Virus record (IMG/VR): IMGVR_UViG_3300021963_000095
Length of the DNA stretch: 64,000 nt
Direction: 5' to 3' (one strand)
Source: an uncultured virus (IMG/VR IMGVR_UViG_3300021963_000095)
Lineage: Duplodnaviria; Heunggongvirae; Uroviricota; Caudoviricetes
The notes under the pieces are model-generated. The model saw nothing but the letters and a program-made list of their open reading frames with translations, was not told the DNA's origin and did no database searches. The translations under genes and the position numbers were made by a program. The first letter of the stretch is position 1, and each line of letters begins with the position of its first letter. Shown piece after piece: positions 19,671-28,997 of this stretch.

Positions 19671-19699
19671 AGTGTAACATTCGGCAAACGATTTGTCAA
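19671..19699 (-). promoter_or_regulatory. sigma70-type promoter
   Basis: TTGACA-17-TACACT with extended TGn. Confidence 0.7.
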
Positions 19700-19715
19700 G
19701 TCTTTTTTGCCGATT

Positions 19716-19733
19716 TGTTGTAAAAATACAACA
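19716..19733. promoter_or_regulatory. palindromic operator-like site TGTTG-N8-CAACA (copy 1)
   Basis: tgttgtaaaaatacaaca, 16 nt upstream of a -35 box. Confidence 0.6.
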
Positions 19734-19743
19734 GTTTGTTACA

Positions 19744-20496
19744 TTATTTATTGGCGTAGAATTCGTGCCATTCTTTAGTGAATTGCTTTAGTTTTTTGAT
19801 GGGTGCTACTTTTTTATTATGTTTGAATTCACGATAATATGAATACAGAGTAGTTACATCATTTGGAGTGAAATAAGTTGACGGCAATGAGAAAATTTCA
19901 TCTACAGTCAATCCTGGATAATATTGTTTCATCTCCATGTATAGGTCGTGAGAATGAGTTTGAATCTCATCATAGTCGCCCAAGTATTCTTGGTATTCTT
20001 TTCTGCGTTTACGCAATTCTTTACTGCGATAGCAAAGGCGACCATCGATATTTTCACCGTCACGAATTTGATATTGAATTTGGTGAATTAACTCATGCAT
20101 CAGAGTTTGAATAATTCTAAACTTGAACATGTGCCATCTGTCTTCGGTATCGAATTCAACAACATCACAATCTGCTTTCATGTGACAATTTAACTGAATT
20201 GGATTAATGTCTGCATCGTCATCATCCTCTTCAGGAATAAACCAACCAGTGACAACAAAATGATTGCTGTCAATTTTTAGGTCTTCATATGTCCTAAAAT
20301 TTACTTTGTAGTCTTTAAGGGCGCTTTTAATCACCCTTTTAAGATAAGAGATACCGACTGGTTTGTTAAAGAGTTTTGGTTTAACAGAATCTAATACTCC
20401 GTTAAGAGTATTCAGGCAATACTTCTCAGTATTTAAAAGAGGAAAAATCTCTTTTATTTCTATTCTTAGCGCCTTTGTAGAAATCTGGTTTGTCAT
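19744..20496 (-). CDS. HEXXH zinc-metalloprotease-like protein
   Basis: LMHELIHQIQ and downstream YLGDYDEIQT; start uncertain because it overlaps gp41. Confidence 0.6.
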   Translation of the reverse strand: MTNQISTKALRIEIKEIFPLLNTEKYCLNTLNGVLDSVKPKLFNKPVGISYLKRVIKSALKDYKVNFRTYEDLKIDSNHFVVTGWFIPEEDDDDADINPIQLNCHMKADCDVVEFDTEDRWHMFKFRIIQTLMHELIHQIQYQIRDGENIDGRLCYRSKELRKRRKEYQEYLGDYDEIQTHSHDLYMEMKQYYPGLTVDEIFSLPSTYFTPNDVTTLYSYYREFKHNKKVAPIKKLKQFTKEWHEFYANK

Positions 20497-21835
20497 TTTC
20501 TTCTTCAGTTTCGGGTATGTTAGTGTTTACTAAGTCCTTTTGTGCGGATTCTTCTAAGTCATACAAACGCATTTTTGCCCTATCAATTCCTACGACAAAT
20601 CTTTTGTATTTCGTAGGGTCATTATATCTGTTTTTCAACTGCTTTACAACAATCTGATTGGCGGACTCTAACTCTTCCGTGGAAACAAGTGCAAACATAA
20701 AATCAGTTGTGGCAGGCAAACCAAATGATTCTGAGGTATCTTCAAGACCAGGGTCAGTATTGGAAAAACCAGACCTTGTTGTTTGTGTGGCAGAAATAAT
20801 AGGAACATCATGTTCTACTGCCAAACCTCTCAACTCTTCGGCGATTGCCTTAACATAAGTGTAAGTGTTCACATTACTTCCGTGTTTGAATCTTTGTGAC
20901 GCACATATATTTAGATAATCGATAAACACAGCATCAGGTTTAAAAGACTTTTTGAGATAAAGTTCGTTCAAAAGTGCTTTAAAGTGGCCGGCATGGGCAG
21001 ATGCGGTAGGATATTCTTTAATAATCAACTTACCTTGTGTCTTAGCCTTTAATTTGCTCACCTTGCTTTCATAGAAGGCCTTTGGGAGTTCGACCAACTG
21101 GTCTACTGTCACATCAAGCAAGTTTGCATCAATACGCTCTGCGATGCGTTCTTCTGCCATTTCCATAGAGATGTATAATACATTCTTGCCTTGCGACAAA
21201 TAAGATGAGGCAACATGGCACATGAATAGTGATTTACCAACACCTGTACCTGCTAGGGCGACATTTAAGGTTTTTCTTGGAAGACCACCTTTTGTGATTA
21301 TGTTGAAATATTCTAAGTCAAAGGAGATTCTTTCTTCCACTCTATGGTAGAATTCATATCGTTTATCATAATCTTCAATATAATCGTGACCGACATTTGG
21401 GTCAAATGAGATTGCTAAGGCCTCAGACAAAATCTGAGGTATAGCATCTTTACTCATGTTCTTATCCTTACCATCAAAGATAGTAATAGATTTCATGATA
21501 GCGTTATATACAGATTTGTCTTTACAAAACTTTTCAGTCTGGTCAAGTAACCAATCTTTATTTGTGTCTTCGGGTTTAAGTGTCTCTGCAATATCTTGTA
21601 ATGTTTCATATTGCTTTTCAGTAAGACCTTTTAGATTTGATACTTCAATCTTCAATGCTTCAACTGACGGTCTTGCATTGTATTCCAACAAAAAGTTATT
21701 TACAATTTTATAAATTTGTTTTTCTGTATCATCATGAAAATATTCATCTTTCAAAAACGGTAAAACTTTTCTGCAATATTCTTCATCATGCATAAGATGA
21801 CCAAGAATTGCTCTTTCAATTCGTTCCGTTGGCAT
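20426..21835 (-). CDS. 41: replicative DNA helicase (T4 gp41-like)
   Basis: AGTGVGKS, IKEYPT, IDYLNIC, ESFGLPAT, KNRY. Confidence 0.96.
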   Translation of the reverse strand: MPTERIERAILGHLMHDEEYCRKVLPFLKDEYFHDDTEKQIYKIVNNFLLEYNARPSVEALKIEVSNLKGLTEKQYETLQDIAETLKPEDTNKDWLLDQTEKFCKDKSVYNAIMKSITIFDGKDKNMSKDAIPQILSEALAISFDPNVGHDYIEDYDKRYEFYHRVEERISFDLEYFNIITKGGLPRKTLNVALAGTGVGKSLFMCHVASSYLSQGKNVLYISMEMAEERIAERIDANLLDVTVDQLVELPKAFYESKVSKLKAKTQGKLIIKEYPTASAHAGHFKALLNELYLKKSFKPDAVFIDYLNICASQRFKHGSNVNTYTYVKAIAEELRGLAVEHDVPIISATQTTRSGFSNTDPGLEDTSESFGLPATTDFMFALVSTEELESANQIVVKQLKNRYNDPTKYKRFVVGIDRAKMRLYDLEESAQKDLVNTNIPETEEENDKPDFYKGAKNRNKRDFSSFKY

Positions 21836-22094
21836 AAACTACACTTCCTGTCATTAATGATTTTTCGATGATATCAACTAAGATATCACCGGTTTGTTTT
21901 TCAAGTTCTTTATCTGATAGTCTCACACTTGTTTCATTGTGTTCAAGTATACGATAATCAAAATTCATTTTAGCTTGGTCGTTTTTCTCTTCAAACGCAA
22001 CTCGACCATATTGAATAATACAACCTTCTAGTTCACCTGTCAATACTTTAACACGGTAACCTTCTTCAGTAGGAACAAAAGTATAGTTACTCAT
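21816..22094 (-). CDS. gp40-like head vertex assembly chaperone
   Basis: Position between uvsX and 41 as in T4; IQYGRVAF...FDY...GDILVDII. Confidence 0.55.
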   Translation of the reverse strand: MSNYTFVPTEEGYRVKVLTGELEGCIIQYGRVAFEEKNDQAKMNFDYRILEHNETSVRLSDKELEKQTGDILVDIIEKSLMTGSVVYANGTN

Positions 22095-23151
22095 CTAATT
22101 CTGCAAGTGCTTGTGCCACATCATCATCACTAATGATATCTGCGCTGGCAACTTGATAATTGGTTCTAACCCAATCATTAAATGTCTTATCCATTAAAAC
22201 TGGCATCCAAAATTCTTTCGTATCAGTATCTTTGATACGATATTTCTTGTCTTCAATCTCTCCAGTTTCTTTGTTTACTTTAGAATACCAACCATTGGAA
22301 GGTTTGATAACATGACCGGATTCAAGAGCAAGGTCAAGTAAGCCAGACCACTTGCTAATACCACCGTCAAAAGATACGCTAACAGGTATCTTAGATTTTT
22401 CTTTAACATATCTACTCTTCTCCACATTGATAATAAAATTGTAACCTACAATTTCTGTTCCTTCTTTTTCTTGCTGTCTTCCAATAATGAAGATATTGTC
22501 TGCTGAATAATAAGAACCTGTACCACCACCAACAATTGCTTTAGGGAACATTCCAATTTCCATGTATGTGTGATTAACAACAATCATCGGAATATCTTTT
22601 AAGTTTAAGTGTGGTGTAATCATACGGAACAAACTCTTAATTTGTTTCGCTCTTGACATATCAGCAACACCTTTGCCTTCTAGCGCATCTTCAACTTCTT
22701 TCTTTGATGCTAAATTACCTATAGAATCAACAACAATAATAAGTTTATCTCCACGCTCTAGGTTCTGTAACTGTTGCATAATATCAAATTTCAATTGCTC
22801 AACATCTGTAAGCGGTGTGTGCAACACTCTATCCATATCAATCTTAAATGAATCGAAATAGGATTGTGGTGTTCCAAATTCTGAATCATAAAACAACAAA
22901 GCAGCCTCAGGATATTTTTCCATGTATGATTTTGCCATCAATAAACTAAATGCTGTTTTGAAATGTTTCGATGGTCCTGCCCACATTGTTAAACCTGGTG
23001 TTAGACCACCATCAAGGCGACCAGATAACGCAAGATTAATAACAGGAACACTTGTAGGAATCATATCTTTCTTTGTGAAAAATTTTGATTGCGAAAGTAT
23101 TGCTGAATCTTTGATTGTGCTATTCTTTTTAATTTTGTCTAAAATACTCAT
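22087..23151 (-). CDS. uvsX: RecA-like recombinase
   Basis: AGPSKHFKT, YDSEFG, DSIGNLASKKE. Confidence 0.95.
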   Translation of the reverse strand: MSILDKIKKNSTIKDSAILSQSKFFTKKDMIPTSVPVINLALSGRLDGGLTPGLTMWAGPSKHFKTAFSLLMAKSYMEKYPEAALLFYDSEFGTPQSYFDSFKIDMDRVLHTPLTDVEQLKFDIMQQLQNLERGDKLIIVVDSIGNLASKKEVEDALEGKGVADMSRAKQIKSLFRMITPHLNLKDIPMIVVNHTYMEIGMFPKAIVGGGTGSYYSADNIFIIGRQQEKEGTEIVGYNFIINVEKSRYVKEKSKIPVSVSFDGGISKWSGLLDLALESGHVIKPSNGWYSKVNKETGEIEDKKYRIKDTDTKEFWMPVLMDKTFNDWVRTNYQVASADIISDDDVAQALAELDE

Positions 23152-23154
23152 TGT

Positions 23155-24423
23155 TCACTCCATAAATTGTTCAAGTGTTTTATACTTGGTTGCAAATTCG
23201 TAATCTTTATCTTTAGAGAAACACCAAACATTCTCAATAAAGTTTTCTTGTAAAAACTCTGATAGAGTATCTGATTTTTTTGGTCTCTGTTTCATTTTCA
23301 TTCCAATCTGTCCTAAGAAATGAAAGTCTTGTTTCATAAAATCAACTAACTCATCACAAACATTATATCTCTTGCCTTTGATAACAGGGTCAATGATATT
23401 CATCAATATAATTCCATCGTCACTCATCATACCAGAAAAGTTTTTTAATGTCAAGAAGAAAAAATTGTCTCGCCATAATTCATATGTGTCGTATCTTTTC
23501 CATGATTGTAAGTCTTCACCTTCACCGCCTTTGTTATATAACTCTGTTGCAAAATATGGTGGCGATGTAAAATAGCAATCGAACTTGATTGGAATATTTG
23601 ATAAGTTCAATTCCTCTGATGGTGATTTAAAAATCATAACTCTTTTGGCACCAACGCATTCAAACGCATCACCAAATACATTCATCTGTGGCATCTGACC
23701 TGTTAAGATTCTTTCATAAGTTAAACACATCAACTTGTAAATTTCAAATGTTGTTTCATTAGGGTCGCAACCAATATAAATCTCTGTATTAGGTGATGCA
23801 TAGAAAGCGGCAAGTCTATCACCCCAACCACACGATGTATCTAAAATGTTTTTGGAGTTTGTTGCTTGATATATCGCTTTAGCAACATGGGGTTTAAATT
23901 GTGTAGCAACATATGAACCTAGTCTAAATGTTGCACGATAAGCACCCATATCAAGTTCTTTTGTTCCCATGCGCCATAAAGTCCAATTCAAGTTCTTCAA
24001 CTTCTCTTTATCTTTCCAAATGTCTATTGGCGCTTCTCTATTATATCCTGCACATTGATATCTAACCGCCTGCATAAAATAATTAGAAACATCATTGTAA
24101 TGATGCCCTAATTGAATGGTAAACAAACCAAAGTCTTTATATGGATACTTGTAATCAGAAAATTTCTCCATACACTCAACATCATGCATATAATAATTGA
24201 TGCAATCATCAGCACAAAAAGAGCGAAACTTTTCGGCCATGTCATTGAATGAAATTTTTCTAAAAGGAAACTTCGCTTGACCATCTACAATGATGTTAGC
24301 AAGTTCTTCTTTTATTTCGTCTTTAGAATGTTTTTCATTCAACTCTTTCCATTCTGTTTCATTCAGAATAGGAAGATTGTATTCATTCAATTTAGAATTT
24401 AAATAATCATGCAAAGAAGTCAT
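23155..24423 (-). CDS. SAM-dependent amino-type DNA methyltransferase-like protein (paralog 1)
   Basis: Motif I ILDTSCGWGDR, IGCDPN, motif IV FTSPPYF. Confidence 0.75.
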   Translation of the reverse strand: MTSLHDYLNSKLNEYNLPILNETEWKELNEKHSKDEIKEELANIIVDGQAKFPFRKISFNDMAEKFRSFCADDCINYYMHDVECMEKFSDYKYPYKDFGLFTIQLGHHYNDVSNYFMQAVRYQCAGYNREAPIDIWKDKEKLKNLNWTLWRMGTKELDMGAYRATFRLGSYVATQFKPHVAKAIYQATNSKNILDTSCGWGDRLAAFYASPNTEIYIGCDPNETTFEIYKLMCLTYERILTGQMPQMNVFGDAFECVGAKRVMIFKSPSEELNLSNIPIKFDCYFTSPPYFATELYNKGGEGEDLQSWKRYDTYELWRDNFFFLTLKNFSGMMSDDGIILMNIIDPVIKGKRYNVCDELVDFMKQDFHFLGQIGMKMKQRPKKSDTLSEFLQENFIENVWCFSKDKDYEFATKYKTLEQFME

Positions 24424-26962
24424 CTAATGTTGCTACCTGTTCAATTTGCCAACCAACGCAATTACACATTGTTCGCAAAGGTTCTAGAAAAGATTTATTA
24501 AATTGTGTTTCATAATCAACATAATCGTGCAAATTTAATTCTTTTGGAATTTGATTGATGAATGATATCACATTTTCTTTAATCGGATTAGGCATCTTCA
24601 AATAAAGATACTTGATTTTCTCACCCTCTTTAATTGGATTATATTTCTTTTCAAGTTTCTTTTCTTTGAGAATATGATTATGTAGTAGGGCACCACGAAC
24701 ATGAAATGGTGTTCCTTTCGTGTAGATTGAAACACTAGATGAATATTTGTCAATACCATTTACTGAGCGAGGGAAAGCAACTTCTTCAGCAGGAAGACTA
24801 AAAAACTCATCTTTAGTTTTTTCAATAAATTCAATCAAAGCATTGTTATCTTTCTCTAGAATAATTTCAATCGCTTGTGTTAACATTTTACGAACAGGCG
24901 CAGGCGTTGATGATTTAACAGTCTCAAGACCAGTAATCTTCAATTGAGGTTCAGAATAACGAACACCTTCGTTGTCATACACATTTAATGCATATCGTTT
25001 CTTTGCAGTCCAGAAACCACGATTGGCAATGCTCTCTCGTTTCATAAACATTTTTTGAGAGTAAGCATTAATATATTCTGCCAAGGCAGTATACTCACCA
25101 TCAATCACATTTTGTAATTTACCTTCACAAACTTTATCTAAGAAATCAACAACTACTTTATGTTCAGGAATATTATCACCATAAACTTTTTCGACAAACT
25201 TTTCTAGTGTGATATACAAAGAATCTGTATCCATTGCAATCACATAATCAACATCATCTGTTGCAAGAATTTTATTCAGGTATCGATTCATGCCATTCAT
25301 AATCCATTGAATAGACAACTGCCCCGCCATTGTGATACCTTCTGCTTGGCGAATATCAAAGAATCTAAAATACTCATTACCTAACGCACCATAAGCAGAG
25401 TTCAATCCAACTTTCTTCGCCAACTGTAGATTCTTATACTTAGCAATCTCAATTACATATTTTGCATCTTTTGTTTCTTCATATTTCTTTTGTGCCTCAA
25501 TCATTTTCTTTTTATAAATGACACGACCATCATACATCTTTTGCATAATCTCAGGCAAGAAACCTAGAATATCTGTTCGAAAGAATTGACCATTTGGTGT
25601 TAGAGTAACTTGTTCAGATGCCAACACACTTGTATCAACTTCTTGCGAGAGCAATTTGTCAACATTGACGCCTGAAGAAATAAGATTACGCAATGCTGGT
25701 GTATAGTCTTTTGGTTCAACCAATGTCTCTGGTGAGATATTGTATTGCATAATCAAATGTGGATAAAGACTGTTCAAGTCAAAAGAAACAACCCAATCAA
25801 ATTTACCAATTTGCGGGTCTTTAACAAACGCACCTTCATATTGCGTATCTTTATCGTTTGTTTTCTTTGGTGGAATAATAATATTCTTTTGCTTCAAATG
25901 ATTGTAGGTAATTGTGTCCCACATTCTCACTTGAGAAAACACATCGTCAATATTTGTTTTGTTGTCGTAGGCAAGAGATAGTGCCATAGAAATCAATCCA
26001 TTTGCTTTCTTACCTTTCACATTAATCATCTCAACAAGTTCAACATCTCGAATGTTATACTCAATATATTTTTGAAAATCTCTTGTGTATAAATCATGCA
26101 ATGAATCAAACTCATCATAATTTAATTTAGCACCGACACCTTCTACTTGTGCAATATGGTCAAGTCGATAGGTTTCTTGTGAATAGTTTGGCGCATATTT
26201 TCTGAATAACTGCAAGTAGTCAAGTATAGCAATACCAACAACATCATAAAATTTAATTTCACGATTATAAAAGTTCTCCGATTTTTGATGAATAATATTC
26301 CAAGGCGAGAATTTTCTCGCTTCATCTTCGCCAAGAATTCTTATTGTGCGATTGACAAGATAATACATGTCAAACCCTTTAACATTCCATCCAGTCAACA
26401 CATCAGGATAATTGTCTGTCCAATAAGTTAAAAACTTTTTTAGCAAATTATATTCATCGTCACACTTAATGTAATCAACATCATCACGGTGTGGAACATA
26501 ATCACCACAACCGAATGTAACGAAACGACCAACTTTAGACAGTTTGATTGTAATTGCAGTTACAGGTTCTCTCGCATATTCTGGTTCAGGAAATCCATTG
26601 TCTGAGTTAACTTCAATATCAACATATGCAACATTGATATCAGAAATATTCCAATCAATTACTTCTTCTTTGTGTTGTTCTGAAATAAAAACATATTCAA
26701 ATTTTGTATTACCAAAAATGCTGAACCCATCAACATTTTCATAATTCTTTACAAATTCTTTTGCTTCTTTAATAGAATCAAACTCAACAGGTTCAAGAAT
26801 TTGACCGTTGAGTGTTCTATATTTGCTTTGTGTTTTTTTCTTGCTGTTTAGAAATAGAGTAGGTTTGAATTCTACTTTTTTCTTTACTGGTTGACCGTTT
26901 TCAATCCCACGGTAGTAAATATAATTTCCAAAGCAACGAACATTAGTATAAAATTTTGTCAT
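24407..26962 (-). CDS. 43: family B DNA polymerase (T4 gp43-like)
   Basis: DIEV exonuclease, FDLNSLYPH, KVGLNSAYG, MDTDS. Confidence 0.97.
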   Translation of the reverse strand: MTKFYTNVRCFGNYIYYRGIENGQPVKKKVEFKPTLFLNSKKKTQSKYRTLNGQILEPVEFDSIKEAKEFVKNYENVDGFSIFGNTKFEYVFISEQHKEEVIDWNISDINVAYVDIEVNSDNGFPEPEYAREPVTAITIKLSKVGRFVTFGCGDYVPHRDDVDYIKCDDEYNLLKKFLTYWTDNYPDVLTGWNVKGFDMYYLVNRTIRILGEDEARKFSPWNIIHQKSENFYNREIKFYDVVGIAILDYLQLFRKYAPNYSQETYRLDHIAQVEGVGAKLNYDEFDSLHDLYTRDFQKYIEYNIRDVELVEMINVKGKKANGLISMALSLAYDNKTNIDDVFSQVRMWDTITYNHLKQKNIIIPPKKTNDKDTQYEGAFVKDPQIGKFDWVVSFDLNSLYPHLIMQYNISPETLVEPKDYTPALRNLISSGVNVDKLLSQEVDTSVLASEQVTLTPNGQFFRTDILGFLPEIMQKMYDGRVIYKKKMIEAQKKYEETKDAKYVIEIAKYKNLQLAKKVGLNSAYGALGNEYFRFFDIRQAEGITMAGQLSIQWIMNGMNRYLNKILATDDVDYVIAMDTDSLYITLEKFVEKVYGDNIPEHKVVVDFLDKVCEGKLQNVIDGEYTALAEYINAYSQKMFMKRESIANRGFWTAKKRYALNVYDNEGVRYSEPQLKITGLETVKSSTPAPVRKMLTQAIEIILEKDNNALIEFIEKTKDEFFSLPAEEVAFPRSVNGIDKYSSSVSIYTKGTPFHVRGALLHNHILKEKKLEKKYNPIKEGEKIKYLYLKMPNPIKENVISFINQIPKELNLHDYVDYETQFNKSFLEPLRTMCNCVGWQIEQVATLDDFFA

Positions 26963-27255
26963 TTAGGAATCGCTGTAGCAATCTGAATACCTGAACCGAA
27001 CATTCTGTTATAATTGTTTACCAAATCAATAACAGGTTTAGTTTTAAAGTATAAATGAGTTTTGCTTACAACGAAAGACTTTTCTTCGGAAAATTGTGTC
27101 CAAGGCAACATCTGAACATTCATTGTTCCATTTGCTTGCGGAATAGTTAAAATGATGGCAGGTTTGCTTACTGTAATTGTTGTGTCAGTTTCGTTTTCTA
27201 ATTCGGCAAGAACATCTTCTCCGCCAACGAATCTGAATAGATATAGTTCGTTCAT
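26959..27255 (-). CDS. conserved hypothetical protein (Sm-like fold)
   Basis: GEDVLAE...P...PW...YNRMFGSGI pattern; typical position upstream of gene 43. Confidence 0.65.
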   Translation of the reverse strand: MNELYLFRFVGGEDVLAELENETDTTITVSKPAIILTIPQANGTMNVQMLPWTQFSEEKSFVVSKTHLYFKTKPVIDLVNNYNRMFGSGIQIATAIPK

Positions 27256-27271
27256 ATTATCTCCATTAAAT

Positions 27272-27299
27272 AAAAAACCGAGGCCTTTTAGACCTCGGT
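27272..27299 (-). terminator. intrinsic terminator after hsp20
   Basis: ACCGAGG/CCTCGGT stem followed by a T6 run on the minus strand. Confidence 0.8.
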
Positions 27300-27316
27300 G
27301 TATTCTACATCACTTG

Positions 27317-27853
27317 TTATTTTTTGTCAATAGCAAGTTCATCTTCAGTCAAAAATTGCTTAGGATTATCTGCCGCAAACTCTGAGACTGTAGAACCTTC
27401 ATCTGCGATATCAATCTTGCGTGACTTCTTTGATTCTGGAATAATACGCTCTAAGAAAACTTTAAGCATACCATTAATCATTGAAGCACCTTGAACAACA
27501 ATTTGGTCATCAACAGCGAAACTACGGGTAAATGCTCTTGTTGCAATTCCTTTATAGAGAAATGCTTGAGTATCATCTTTTGTCTCACCTTTGATAATCA
27601 ATCTATCATTCTCAAGAGTGATTTCAATGTCCTGCTTACCAAAACCTGCAACGGCAAGTTCAACAACATATTTGTTTTCTGCTTGCTTGTAGATATTATA
27701 AGGAGGATAATTAGGAATGTTTTTTGTCAACTCATCGTGCAACTTTGCCATCTTATTAAATTGGTCTTCGAAACCAACAAAGAATTTGTCAAAGTCTTTA
27801 AATGCGTTTGGATGCAAAAGTGCATCAGGGACAAATTTAGTTAATGAGTTCAT
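27317..27853 (-). CDS. hsp20: small heat-shock protein (IbpA/Hsp20)
   Basis: NYPPYNI, ELAVAGF, YKGIATRAFTRSF, NGML. Confidence 0.93.
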   Translation of the reverse strand: MNSLTKFVPDALLHPNAFKDFDKFFVGFEDQFNKMAKLHDELTKNIPNYPPYNIYKQAENKYVVELAVAGFGKQDIEITLENDRLIIKGETKDDTQAFLYKGIATRAFTRSFAVDDQIVVQGASMINGMLKVFLERIIPESKKSRKIDIADEGSTVSEFAADNPKQFLTEDELAIDKK

Positions 27854-27866
27854 ATTACCTCCCTAA

Positions 27867-28085
27867 TTACTTAACTTTCAATGCTTTTTCAAAAGCAGTT
27901 TGAACAGTAGATGTAAAGGTATCAAATTGATTTACAAATTCTTTAGCGAATGTAGTTTGAGCATCTACAAAAGTTTGTAGAGGTTCTTTAACTTTTTTCT
28001 CTGTTACGAAAGTGTTTAGAAAAGTAGTTTTTGCACCTTGAATGGTGTCGATTGCCGTAATGGCTTGTGCTGAAATTGCGCTCAT
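27867..28085 (-). CDS. small amphipathic helical protein, phasin-like
   Basis: 72 aa, Ala/Thr/Gln/Phe-rich helical pattern (FVDAQTTFAKEFV), AAGGAG SD; the phasin label is inference. Confidence 0.5.
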   Translation of the reverse strand: MSAISAQAITAIDTIQGAKTTFLNTFVTEKKVKEPLQTFVDAQTTFAKEFVNQFDTFTSTVQTAFEKALKVK

Positions 28086-28090
28086 GTTTT

Positions 28091-28197
28091 CTCCTTTAAA
28101 TAAGCGAGTTCAAAAAATGCTACCCCTAAGGCGTAGCGGTTTATTGGTGTTTATTGTCTGGCACACCTTTGAAAGCCAGTTCCCATCCCGAGGGGAA
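28091..28197 (-). ncRNA. structured 5' leader: hairpin, H-type pseudoknot, hairpin and ROSE-like SD hairpin
   Basis: UUCCC/GGGAA; CUGGC/GCCAG crossed with GGUGU/ACACC; GCUAC/GUAGC; CUCGCUU...AAGGAG. Confidence 0.6.
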
Positions 28198-28206
28198 TAA
28201 AATTAT

Positions 28207-28620
28207 TTATACAACTTTTGCTTTTTTTCCGATATTATATTTCGGAACAAGTTCCCACTGGTCTTTCTCTTTATGAGACAAAACCTTAATTTGTGATAAT
28301 GGTGCTTGGTTTGTAACAAGTTCTTTATTTACAACACTAATCAAACCCCAATCTTCTAATAACTTTGTGATTGTGTTTCTGCGTTGAAAATCATTTTCTT
28401 CTAAGTTTGCTTCTTTGCCGTCTAATGCAAATAACTCTTTGAAATGAACAATGAAGTATCTGCCTTGCTTATGTAGAATATGGCAAGACTGATATAGTTT
28501 CATATCTTTACGGGAAGCAACACCAATGCGTGTTAGTGTCTCACGGACTTTTAAGAAATCGTCCGGTTCTCTAAGTTTCACCTCGACCATTTCATTAGGA
28601 TTCCACTTTTCTTCAATCAT
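28207..28620 (-). CDS. regA: translational repressor
   Basis: DDFLKVRETLTRIGVAS, LYQSCHILHKQGRYFIVHFKELF. Confidence 0.96.
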   Translation of the reverse strand: MIEEKWNPNEMVEVKLREPDDFLKVRETLTRIGVASRKDMKLYQSCHILHKQGRYFIVHFKELFALDGKEANLEENDFQRRNTITKLLEDWGLISVVNKELVTNQAPLSQIKVLSHKEKDQWELVPKYNIGKKAKVV

Positions 28621-28997
28621 TTCTTTCCACCTTTTTCCAATTTTTCTTTTATAGTTTTTATATTTTCATCGGTTAAGATTTTGAGTGCTTGTTTTGCCTT
28701 CTCGTCACTATAACGAAAATATTCTTTAACATACTCTAAGTCATCAATTTTGGCCGATTTAACCCATTTATTAAATCGTTTTTTCTTACTAATTGTATTT
28801 AGCAAAAAGGAAAATTGAAGATTATTATCAAGAAAATTGTGAATATTCATCTCATTTGCTTGCAAAACCGTATCCATGTTCATGCTTAGACCGAGATTAA
28901 TGATATACGGCTTATATTCTTTTTCTGTTAAGTCATCAACAATTAATTGTTCTTTCGTTTGTGAGATAGCATTAATAAAGTCAAATGGCGTCATCAC
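28617..28997 (-). CDS. 62: clamp loader small subunit (gp62)
   Basis: PFDFINAI, ANEMN, YS..KA pattern; position between 44 and regA. Confidence 0.88.
   Translation of the reverse strand: MMTPFDFINAISQTKEQLIVDDLTEKEYKPYIINLGLSMNMDTVLQANEMNIHNFLDNNLQFSFLLNTISKKKRFNKWVKSAKIDDLEYVKEYFRYSDEKAKQALKILTDENIKTIKEKLEKGGKK

Noticed and set aside
2053..26962. Introns or inteins in nrdA, nrdB, thyX, gene 41 or gene 43
   Set aside because: All are uninterrupted and of normal length, with no splice-junction or LAGLIDADG motifs. The nrdA-nrdB gap holds ordinary ORFs.
28086..28206. tRNA or a known riboswitch (preQ1-I, SAM-II/V) in the regA-hsp20 gap
   Set aside because: No cloverleaf or T-loop, and the ligand-binding consensus sequences I know do not match. 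Kept only as an unassigned structured RNA.
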